Of a stretch of 64,000 nt of DNA, positions 54,081 through 64,000 are shown one piece after another. How positions within the stretch are numbered: the stretch's first letter is position 1; each line of letters opens with the position of its first letter. The notes under the pieces were generated by a model, which worked only from the letters and a program-made list of their open reading frames with translations, ran no database searches and had not been told where the DNA came from. Origin of the DNA: Octopus vulgaris (Eukaryota); contig OX597821.1 in NCBI GenBank assembly GCA_951406725.2, positions 48,670,001-48,734,000 on the forward strand, given 5' to 3'. Made by a program: the position numbers and the translations under genes.

Positions 54081-54626
54081 GTGGTGGCTGCCCCCTCGTT
54101 ATCGAGTATGGCCATTGCACGAAGCTTAATCAATGTTGTTATCGTGCAATGCCTGTGCAAGAAGATTTTTTTTAAAGTGAGGAAAGGCTGTGCACTGAGT
54201 CAATACCACTCACTAAGCAACAGCAGCTATAACCCGAAAAGAAGAACAAGTCAACATCATCGGTAACCACTGAGCCGCAGGTTTTATGTCGGAGTTATCC
54301 CAGTTACCTTCTCCTAAAAGGATGCCCTAACAAAGGCTAGGAGTCCTTCACTCCCAATGGTTTAACCGCGCGATCGGATATTCAGTCCGATTATTTCTAT
54401 GTCCCTGTGCATGATACAGCCTTAAGACATTTATTGGATGGCCGTTGACTCTCAAGAGTTCATCCGCTCTTTGACGGGTTTTGTTTTTCATCCCGCAGGG
54501 TGTCCAATAAACACCCTCCTCACCAAGCAAGCTTGGTGGGGTTGCTGGTTTAGTCGCCGACGACCCGACCATGCAACAAGTTGTACTGGGTTACATGTTA
54601 CCAGTAGCACTCGAAAGTGACCTGAC
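54081..54626 (-). mobile_element. Short non-autonomous RTE-related element (bipartite)
   Basis: 54434-54590 is homologous to the RTE leader at 58324-58470; no ORF; 3' stem-loop CTCG-ATAA-CGAG. Confidence 0.6.
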
Positions 54627-54666
54627 ATACAAAAGAAAACATGTAAAGAAATCGAAACTAACAAAC

Positions 54667-55019
54667 CTGAAAGAATCTCAAGATTCCAGTTTCACCAAGT
54701 TCTGTTTTGATTTTAATGGTTATACTTTGCTCGACTGTCGTGATAGCAATGGAAGGCCCTTCTCCATATTCACCATAGCAGTTGGTAACTATTGGTTGTT
54801 CTACTGCTCCATAGTTGTACGTAAGAAAGCGTAATTTCAGCAATAACTTTTCACCGAATTCGACATTAGCAAATCTCCATATATTTATGCGACTACCGTC
54901 ACTGAATTTTGCGGAGCCATTTTCGGTAATAATAACTCTTTCATACCCAGCAAAAACGTTATTGCCACTTTGGTCCGCGAAATCCTCGTTGAAATTATAA
55001 CTGACAGAAGGTTTACACT
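54667..55019 (-). CDS. Pif/BMSP-like gene exon 5: laminin-G/ConA-like domain
   Basis: ttcccag|(E)CKPSVSYNFNEDFADQSGNN..AKFSDGSRINIWRFANVEFG..QPIVTNC..PSIAI..FFQ|gtttgt; 353 nt, phase 1 to 0, open. Confidence 0.9.
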
Positions 55020-55403
55020 CTGGGAAGTAGAAAACAGTGAAAGCAAATCAAGCGAAACAGGTATCTAACTACTCCAAAGTTTGTTAAAGGTTACTTTTTT
55101 TTCTTTTGATAAATAATGAAGTTACGTTATAAAATATTTTGAAAATATATATTATTTTGAAGACATTTTGAAAATATATATTATATTTCTATTTTTCACT
55201 GTGCATGGTCAGTGGCTGGGAGAAGTAATGGAAGTCATTTTTGGCTGACCCACAAAACTTACAGCTCAAATTCATTCCATAGAAAAAGAAAAAAAAAAGA
55301 CTTGATCAATTTGTATTTTCTTAGTTATATTTAATGCATTGTTTTATTAGATAAATTTCAAAATATTTTCGGTTACGGAAGGCTTTAATTATAAGCATCT
55401 TAC

Positions 55404-55562
55404 CCACATGTGGTTTCCAGGATTTGCTGACTTTCGCACAAGAACACATACTCTTATCGAAAGCAGAGCCAGGAGCACACGGACGCGATATAGGTCCTAT
55501 GCCAGGAACAATCTGTATGTAAGAACTTGGATTGTCTTCGTCAGTTAGTAACTCGCATTCAG
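55404..55562 (-). CDS. Pif/BMSP-like gene exon 4: third chitin-binding-like module
   Basis: ttttatag|ECELLTDEDNPSSYIQIVPGIGPISRPCAPGSAFDKSMCSCAKVSKSWKPHV|gtaaga; 159 nt, phase 1-1. Confidence 0.88.
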
Positions 55563-55889
55563 CTATAAAAATAAATCTCCAGTATTTTAGAAGGCTTTAA
55601 ACATATACCAAAAGAATCGGAATTTGATTAAATACAATACGTTGGGAAGTGTACCCTACTAATTGTAATTTAATATGAGAAAGTGAAATACAAAATGAGT
55701 CTTGGTTATAAAGCTAGTGAAGTTTTCCTCACTGTCAACCTTTCACCATGTTACCTATAATTTATCAATTCTGTCGGTCTTTTCAAGAAGTTAAAGTAAA
55801 TCTGGTCATTTTCCAATTCAGAGATTTCTGGGTTTGGTTCTTTTTCCGTAGTTCTTAATATTGTAGAAGCCGGTGTTTTACGATGTATG

Positions 55890-55995
55890 AGAACGAACCA
55901 GTCGGTCTTCCTGTAGTACCAAGGTCAATGCATGCGCCAGATTCCGAAGACGTCTTGAGACTGTGGTGAAAGCTGAAGGTGGCTACTTTGAGTAA
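55890..55995 (+). mobile_element. Tc1/mariner transposase C-terminal remnant
   Basis: NACARFRRRLETVVKAEGGYFE*. Confidence 0.6.
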
Positions 55996-56454
55996 ACTTA
56001 TCTCCCAGCCATAATTTAGTTGATATCTTTTATATTTTTTTTAATATTTTATTTTTGGATAGGAAACTGTTTTTTTCGTTTCTATTTACGCAAACTGTCA
56101 AATTTAGCCCGAAATCCCTGTACTCAGTTTTAAATATTTAGCTTTTAATGCGATAGAAGAGTTTCTGGAAAACATAAAGTATGTTAAAATTTTGGAAGTT
56201 TGATAGAACTTATAGGAAAAGATGATAGAAGGGAATTTGTTAAAAATTATGGATGTGATGGGATATTGTTTAGTAAGAATTTCTGGAAGATATGATAAAA
56301 TTTTCGTAGGATTTATGACAGAAGTAGCAGAAAGAAATTTGGTGGAACATATGGAAGGAAAGGTGGAAGAAATTTTAGAAGAGAATTTTTCGAATAAATT
56401 AATGAAAAATGCGAAGAATTATACAGCAAAATACGAGAAAAATAGTTGGCTTGC

Positions 56455-56655
56455 ATTTGTCGTTCTCCACCGTATTCTTGAAATGTGGACAAAGTTGGTT
56501 ACAGGACCCGTCCGGTTGACATCCTTTTCCTTGTACGTATCTGTGGTTCCTTTGACAACATTTTGCTTCAGCCCGACCATAATGGCACGACCAGTAACCT
56601 GCACAGTGATCTCTCATTGCAAAAGTAGAATCTTTTTGCGTTACTAAGCAAGCAT
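56455..56655 (-). CDS. Pif/BMSP-like gene exon 3: second Cys-rich chitin-binding-like module
   Basis: ttcttacag|(D)ACLV..HCAGYWSCHYGRAEAKCCQRNHRYVQGKGCQPDGSCNQLCP..NDK|gcaagc; 201 nt; the donor position is inferred (GC). Confidence 0.85.
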
Positions 56656-56713
56656 CTGTAAGAAATGGAAGAGGATTTTGACATTTCTCTTAACATGCGT
56701 TTACATATGTGTT

Positions 56714-56751
<38 letters not shown>

Positions 56752-56834
56752 CATACACGCACAAACACACAATAACACATGCGAACACACACACACACAT
56801 GCACGCACACACACACACACACTCACTCACACAC

Positions 56835-56873
<39 letters not shown>

Positions 56874-57212
56874 CACACGGCAAGAAATAATTTTTGCCTC
56901 TTTTTATGTAGACAAAAAGGGTTTATAAGACTGCAAAAAGGAAGTGCTCAAATATAATTGAGACAGAGATAAAAACATGGATTAGAGAACATCAAATTCG
57001 AGCCAACGACTTTATATATAACGCCACGCCTCCAAACATTTGATTATATATAAATATTACCACGGCCCTTAAACATATGAAGTTTACATAAATAAAAAAA
57101 CACAGAAAGTAAAATATATATAGGCGAATAAAAATAGATATATAGAACGGCCTACCAAGAAGGTCCATACAATCGACTAAAAATGGCAAAGCCAACTCCT
57201 GCTTCCCTGCGT

Positions 57213-58470
57213 TCATCCGGTACCTTCATAACCAAAAGAAAGTGTATCCAACCCCAGCCTCGGTGATCTCCCCCGTGTCGGCAAGGCGTGTCTCACTGAG
57301 GGCAGCAACATCAATGCTGTATCTCTGCAGTTCACGATCCACAAGTGCTGTTCGATGTTCTGGTCTGTCACAGTTTTGGTTGTCCATGAGTGTCCTGATG
57401 TTCGAGGCTCCAACACATAAAGTGTTTTTCCGGTGGGAGGATTTGGGGTTCTTCTTTCGTGTTTCTTTCATGTTTCGACCGCGTGATAGACGACCAGTCA
57501 GCCGCGGTATGCTGACAGGATGAGATGAGGCAAGCTTTCTTTAGGTCACCTTTTCTAGACCCTTCCCCCTAAGGGGGTGGGGAGTAGTGCTATCCCAGAA
57601 GAGGGCTGCTCCGTCGTCAGAATGGCTGCCGAACTATGCCCTTGCCGCGGTAGGTTGCAGAACGACCATCCTGCCATGACCGCCCGAGTGCAGGTCCATG
57701 GCTAGCAGCTCCCAGCGCAATCCTGCACCTGCCACCGTCACCACTCGCCTATCACCTCATCACATGGAAGAAGAAGAAGAAGAAGAAGAAGAAGAAGAAG
57801 AAGAAGAAGAAGAAGAAGAAGAAGAAGAAGAAGAAGAAGAAGAAGAAGAAGAAGAAGAAGAAGAAGAAGAAGAAGAAGAAGAAGAAGAAATAGAGGGGTG
57901 GAGTCACTGAATCCTGGGCAAGAGAACTGTGGAGGCCTTGGGTTACCGAAGCCCAGAATCCCCTCTCGGTCCGGCCGATCTAGCCAGGAGGGACGCAGGA
58001 CGACACATCCTAGCCACGACTGGACTGCAGGCGCTGCCGGAGAGATGATGGACTTCATCACCTAACCGCCTTAGGGCCTCCACTCCGGATTTAGATACGG
58101 TTTACTCCCTAGCCTTTGATTAACAAAATAACCTACCCGCAAGACAGCGGGAGACTCTTGGAGGGCAGGGTCGTCTCACTACCCGTGCAGGACCAGAAGG
58201 ACCTGCCCACTGCCCATACGATATATACAATTTTAAAGAAAGAACACAGTATATACAATACACACAGAGTCCAAAATGCCACATACACAATACATACACA
58301 CAAACACTCCACAAACATACATAGTTGAATGGCCGTTGACTACGTTGTAGTTCCTTCGCCCTCTGACAGATCTTATTTTTTGCCTCGTAGGATGTTCAAC
58401 AAGCATCCACCTTACCAAGTAAGCCTGGTGTGGTTGCCAGTTTAGTCGCCGACCATGGAACAGGTTGTAG
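57213..58470 (-). mobile_element. RTE LINE 5' part: long 5' UTR with a (TTC)n tract, and APE N-terminus
   Basis: MKETRKK..GASNIRTLMDN..RPEHRTALVDRELQRYSIDVAALSETRL..GYTFFW (57471-57226); (GAA)n at 57766-57889 on plus. Confidence 0.85.
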
Positions 58471-58885
58471 TATAAATACCATTAATTATTATAATCATTA
58501 TTGTAACTAGCATAATTACTATTGATGGTGAGTTGTGTTAATTTAAACGTATGTTTTATCAAGTGTGGACATCTTAGAGCCTGTTCCTGTCTTATGTTTA
58601 TAAGAGTGATTTAGAAGTAAAAATTTGGTACATTTCTTCCTCACAAGAGTCACATCTTTTATCGCCTATTCTACAACGTTTTCCCAGGTAATCGAATATA
58701 ATTTGCTACTATCTTTTAGTGCCCTAATTAGTTTGCTAAGGCTAATTGTATTCATTTTGTCCTTATATCTAAACGAATTTAAATGGTTGGCAATTCTTTG
58801 CTTAATATAACGTGAGTTAACTCCAATATAGAAGTACTCCCTATTCTCTAAGGTAACCTTACATCTTTTTCTTTTATTCTTTTAT

Positions 58886-59256
58886 TCTTTTACTTATTTT
58901 AGTCATTTGACTGCGGCCATACTGGAACACAGCCTTTCGTCGAGCAAATCGACCCCAGGACCTATTCTTTGTAAGCCTAGTACTTATTCTACCGATCTCT
59001 TTTGCTGATCCGCTAAGTTACTAGGACGTAAACACACCAACATCGGTTGTCAAGCGATGGTAAGGGACAAACATAGAACTCACACATACACACACACATA
59101 TACGACGGGCTTCTTTCACTTTCCGTCTACCAAATCCACTCACAAAGCTTTGATCGGCCCGAAGCTATAGTAGAAGATACTTGCCCAAGGTGCTACGCCG
59201 TGGGACTGAACCCGGAATCATGTGGTTGGTAAGCAAGCTACTTATCACACTGCCAC
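58886..59256 (-). mobile_element. SINE family 1, full length
   Basis: Matches the other copies. Confidence 0.9.
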
Positions 59257-59551
59257 ACAATTAGAGTCAGGCGAGCAAAACCCTATTCCTTGCACAATCG
59301 CACATGATAGTTCTACTACTTCCATTAATAGTTTTCGCTTCAACTTCACTAGAGGGGATTTCTCAATCCTTCTGTCTATTTTCTAAGTTCTCTCCCACAT
59401 AAACAACATTCTGACTACTGCGCTTTCTTGGATTCACACTTTCCACTTCCAGGCTATGATTAATTTAATGAGACAATTGCGAATGATAACTCAGAATTTT
59501 TGTTGCTACTTCTAGCAATATTTTTAGACTTCCTGTTTTTCCAGATCTTAC

Positions 59552-59743
59552 CTGTTGTACAATTGACAAGATGTGAGTGCCAACAAGTAATTTTATCTTG
59601 ATCCCAGTATGTTCCAAATGGGCATGACATGATTTTGGCACGATATTCGCCGTCTGCTCGGAAACATTGAACATATTTGGTGCAGTCATTGGGGTGAGAA
59701 CTGTAACCAATTCCTCTATCTATTATACAACCTTTGCAAAGAC
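59552..59743 (-). CDS. Pif/BMSP-like gene exon 2: chitin-binding type-2 (peritrophin-A) domain
   Basis: ttttctacag|LCKGCIIDRGIGYSSHPNDCTKYVQC..MSCPFGTYWDQDKITC..VNCTT|gtaaga; 192 nt, phase 1-1. Confidence 0.92.
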
Positions 59744-60306
59744 CTGTAGAAAAAAAAATTGAAATTTTTTTCTGATTTGAATTGTTAAAGTTTTTTCAAA
59801 CATATAAAATTTACCAAACGATACCAAACGAAAAGAACAGTATTAGTTTAATCTTTATCTAGTCAACAAAGAGCATTTCATAAAGAATTAAATGTAATAT
59901 TCTGATTTTTACGCATTTCTTTGCGAGTTTAGTGAGATGAGAGCCAAATGACATCAAGAGATAATTAAAGTATGACACCTTTTTAATGAAACAATTCACA
60001 AATTTATGCAGGAATTTTCGTTCTATCGCGTAGTTCATTTACAAATTTCAGACAGACGATAATTAGCTCACTGCATTTCTGAGGGTGAGAATGAAAAGGG
60101 AGTGTCCGTAACTCGATGCAACATGAATGTCTCAAGGAGCGTCATACATAGACTACCGATAATTAATTTATGATATTTCTAGCCGATATTTATAACATTC
60201 CTACATACATATAAATTCATGCACGCGAACACACTCCAGAACAGGCACGCGCGTAGATATCACAAATTGTTAACAAATAAATTAGTACATAAACCAAGTA
60301 ATTTTG

Positions 60307-60433
60307 TCTGACATATTCCACCCATTCAGTCTGACACTCCACTCATTACGTATGACACTCCATCAATTATATCTGACACTCCATCCATTAAATCTGACAT
60401 TCACCCATTATATCAAACACTCTACCCATTCAG
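60307..60433. repeat. 21-bp minisatellite (~6 units, TCTGACACTCCATCCATT-like)
   Basis: Read directly. Confidence 0.8.
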
Positions 60434-61225
60434 CAGTCACAGTTATTACCCGTGGCAATTATGAAATACTAATATACTTTCATCTTCCGTTATATTTCAC
60501 AAGAATGGATCAGCCGAATAGTTCGGACATAGCTCGTCGTATAGCTGTGAATTTGCTCAATGGATAAGACTCTTGGACCTTGTGTGAAATCAGTCGTAGT
60601 TAAAGTCAGCTACAAATATTTTATCGTATCTCGATATAATATTTCATTACTCGAGCTGCTATACTTTACTTACCTCGACCTACTTCAGTTAACCTGGTCA
60701 GAAATATAATCGCGATATGGTAAGAATATTTAAAGAGGAAGGGTAATAAATCTATCTTTTTCTCTCTAAATACACACACGCGCACGCACACACATGTATC
60801 ACTGCTTCTCGCATTCCTTCTTTTTGCTTTCATTCTTTCATATTTCTCTATAGTTCTTTCATATTTTCTCTTTCTCATATTTTCTATATCTTTATCAGAC
60901 CTTCTCTAATTTTCAGAGTAATAATGAACACGTGGCTACATCATGATTTAACAATATATGAATCAGAATGGTGAGGAACGATATCAATCATCTTTAAACT
61001 TTGCTAAAGAATTTCCATGGGGAAACAGGTTCTTTCTCACTGAGAGTTTATTGAAACTAGATTTATTTCAATAAAGAAAAGAGATCGCGTTAAAATATTG
61101 AGAGTATTCTATTACAAATTGATAATTTTCGTTTTTATTGAAAATAACTAACACACATGAATTTGGGTACCGCTCCATACAAATAATAGCAAAAAAGGAG
61201 CAGTAGATATTCATTATATACCAAA

Positions 61226-61570
61226 TCTACTCGGAGAGACCCCCTTCGGTCACGACACAGACCATGGGATTGCACCTAGAAAGTTACCCTCCTAGACACA
61301 AGTCCGGGCGAGCTTGTTTATGGAAGACCAGCAGTCGCCCATGCATACCAGCCTCCCCGCTCCACGCCACCAGTGTTATCCAAGGGAAAGACAAAGGTCG
61401 ATACAGCTTGGCACCAGTGACGTCGCAACTCATTTCTACAGCTGAGTGAACTGGAGCAACGTGAAATAAAGTGCCTTGCTCAAGAACACAACACGCAGCC
61501 CGGTCGAAGGGATTCGAGCTCACAACCTCACGATTGTAAGCTCGACGCTCTAACCACTGAGCCATGCGCC
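61226..61570 (-). mobile_element. tRNA(Val-like)-derived SINE family 2, second copy
   Basis: Reverse complement of 12107-12445. Confidence 0.88.
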
Positions 61571-62722
61571 TTCTACTACTTGTTATATATATTAGTAAAA
61601 TCATAATTAATGAAGGATGAAAAAATATTGAGAATAATCATGAGATAAACTATTAAATTTTAAACCAGCTTTAACAGCATTATACGTATCATATGGTAAA
61701 TAATGAGTCGTCATACTCCTTCAAACTATTTTTTCTCACAAACAGGTAATCTGAAATCACTTAGGCTTTCTTGTGCAGACAATTCAGAAATTTAATGGCA
61801 CTACTTGTTCCAGTACGAAAACTTTCAATCTGGGAAATAACTTTTCAAAAGATTGGCTGGAGGAATAGTTCATTATCAAGGATCTATCAAACATAATGAA
61901 GATCTTCCATTTCACGGAGACCGCGAAATGATTTGACAATGGAAGCATTTAGCTACTAATTATCCTTTCGTTTTCTTTTCTATTTTTCTGTACTTAAATG
62001 GTTTTCGTCTCCTATGAGGGCGCAAGAATCTGAAAAATATAACATTCGATATAACTGTTGTTCAGCACGATAACAAGAGCTTACAAAGTTTCCTACTCTA
62101 GATACTGTCATTGTTTTACATCTTCAAACAGATACTTAAACGGATTAAATAAATAAAAGCACGTGTTTTTAATGCCAACAATGTCGTTGTTTATTGTTTT
62201 AAATTTTGTTTGCACTACGCTCACAGTTACCTAAATGTGGAGTCTATACGCATACAATCGTTTGTAAATCATTGTGCCTTTGTAGGATTCAAATTTCAAG
62301 TTGAAAGAAGGCAAGTTTTTATTTCATTATTTTATTGCTTCCTTGTTATTTTCTTAATTTGACTGATTTAATAATTGATGGGAAATTACTTATCAAGTTG
62401 TGAGATTTATAAGATTATGGGTTCATTAAAGAAGTTTAAACACGGGCTTCGTGCACGAAGACAAGTTTACAGGAAAACATTCCTACGTGTTGTTCCTAGT
62501 GAATCATCTGTAAATTCACCAAAAGTCATCTTCAACTCAAAAATTTGTTAATAAATCAAAGGGCTAATTTCATTACTTCCCACCACAGCGTACAGGCATG
62601 TCTTCCTAGTTATGAAGTTAAGACATAAATCTATCAAATAAGTTAGTAATTCAACATTTCAGGCACTCGCCCGACGATTTTGTTTCTATGATATAAGCGA
62701 CAATGTTTGTTTTGATACTTAC

Positions 62723-62875
62723 TTTGTAAATTGCTTTGTTCTAATGATTTAGATAATTTTAAAACTAATGTTTCTTTTTTCTTAGTAGTTACAGATGTCG
62801 CAGCCGAGGATTTCGTCGTTTTTGCTGTAATACTTGTTAATGTTGCTGTTGAAGGTAAGGTTGTTGTAACGATGA
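62723..62875 (-). CDS. Pif/BMSP-like gene exon 1 of 7 seen: Thr/Ser-rich linker
   Basis: ctcttttcag|IVTTTLPSTATLTSITAKTTKSSAATSVTTKKKETLVLKLSKSLEQSNLQ|gtaagt; 153 nt, phase 1-1. Confidence 0.8.
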
Positions 62876-63793
62876 CTGAAAAGAGGCAAACAGACTTTAG
62901 ATTTGGGCAAAATGGTGTATTGTCAGAGTAAATAAGGTATACAATTTCAATGCTAATTACTTACAGTAACCTGACTTTTTCCTAATTATGATACTCTATG
63001 AGTGAAAAGAAATTGTAATTTCATAAACAATGTAAGAGATATACATGATGAAGTGAGGCGCTATCCAGTTTGTTGATAACCGTATCAAGAAAAGATTCAA
63101 CGTTACTTCATTTATTACTTGTAATGTGCGCAAGCTTTGCACACGCCAGATAATTTATTGAATTAGGATGCAGAAACACGTGTCATGAAGACCGATGTCA
63201 TTCATAGTCCAGATATGCTTTGACATAAATTGTCTTTAAAATAAATTTCTTTTCTGAGCCAGTTACCGCAGAGAAGCTCTCACCACGTTTGAACGTAGAT
63301 GAACGTGTTAAATGTAATTGAAGATTTGTTCGATTTAACAAAACCACCCAACCTTTGAAAATATTTGAGCCAATTTACCGGTAACAAAAAAACTTCACTC
63401 CTTATTACTTACCAGTTTTGGAAGCCTTGAAAATTGTTATGGGAGCATACACACATTTGTGTGTGTACTTGTGTGTGTGTGTACAAGCGAGTGTATACCT
63501 GTGTGTGTACCTGTGTAAGTGATTGAAACCTGGTATAACGTAGAACTGAGCTATCTGTTTCAGGAGTTAGGATACTTAACATGTATAACTGAATAGTGTT
63601 ACATTGTAATAAATGTATATTGGCCAATAATCGATATTATACTCTGAATTCGATATTGGTTAGGGAATATCAAAATAATTTTCATTTGTTGTGTTACATA
63701 TCTATTTCAACAACGGTAAACCGTTTAACTTTCCCCCACTAATGTAGAAATTCAAATCCAATTCTGAATAGTATCAGATATATCAAATATAAA

Positions 63794-64000
63794 ACGATCG
63801 ATTTGCACGTCAGAGGCGCTTTGGACTTCCGCCAGTTTCCTCTGGCTTCCTCTCGACCGGGCGTAGATCGCCATCTTTCGGGTCCCCGGCTGCCTGCTAC
63901 ACCTGAGTCGGAGCGGGAACGCGACGACGCGCGGAAACGCGGTCGCGGACGCGGGGACTCGACCCGGTAACGATGCTTCGAGGCACCACGCGCGCCTCGA
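63794..64000 (-). rRNA. 28S (LSU) rRNA fragment, 3'-truncated, running off the window edge
   Basis: Minus strand GACCCGAAAGATGGCGATCTACGCC..GAAGCCAGAGGAAACTGGCGGAAG..CTGACGTGCAAATCGATCGT matches the conserved LSU core after D3; abrupt rise in GC content. Confidence 0.88.

Noticed and set aside
57698-58061. Poly-E and poly-L ORFs (also poly-N near 13.4 kb and poly-F near 35.9 kb)
   Set aside because: They are trinucleotide tracts with no coding context.
59465-59710. 81-aa ORF from the supplied track
   Set aside because: Wrong frame; the real exon here reads as a chitin-binding domain in another frame.
63413-63566. Further upstream exon of the Pif-like gene (phase-1 donor G|GTAAGT at 63412)
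   Set aside because: The donor is good, but there is no clear acceptor and the open frame crosses CA-repeat-like sequence; left unannotated.

Overview
AT-rich, repeat-dense animal genomic DNA, most likely an octopus or other coleoid cephalopod. That assignment is inferred from the SINE families, the microsatellite load and a molluscan-type gene; it was not checked against a database. Nearly all ORFs in the supplied track are microsatellite or transposon noise. One real host gene is visible on the minus strand at about 52.6-62.9 kb: seven phase-compatible exons encoding a Thr-rich linker, three Cys-rich chitin-binding (ChtBD2-like) modules and a laminin-G/ConA-like domain. This is the C-terminal part of a Pif/BMSP-like mollusc matrix protein, with one apparent GC-AG intron. 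The rest is nested mobile DNA: tRNA-derived SINEs, RTE, Tx1/L1, R4/Dong and Penelope-like retroelements, Gypsy remnants, a small non-autonomous LTR element, mariner, Chapaev3, MULE, hAT and Merlin-like MITEs, and Helitrons. A 28S rRNA fragment starts abruptly at the right edge. The most unusual structure is a Penelope-like terminal repeat joining a tRNA-derived Pol III promoter, a variable trinucleotide tract and a minimal hammerhead ribozyme; it occurs three times, twice as an inverted pair around a GIY-YIG fragment.
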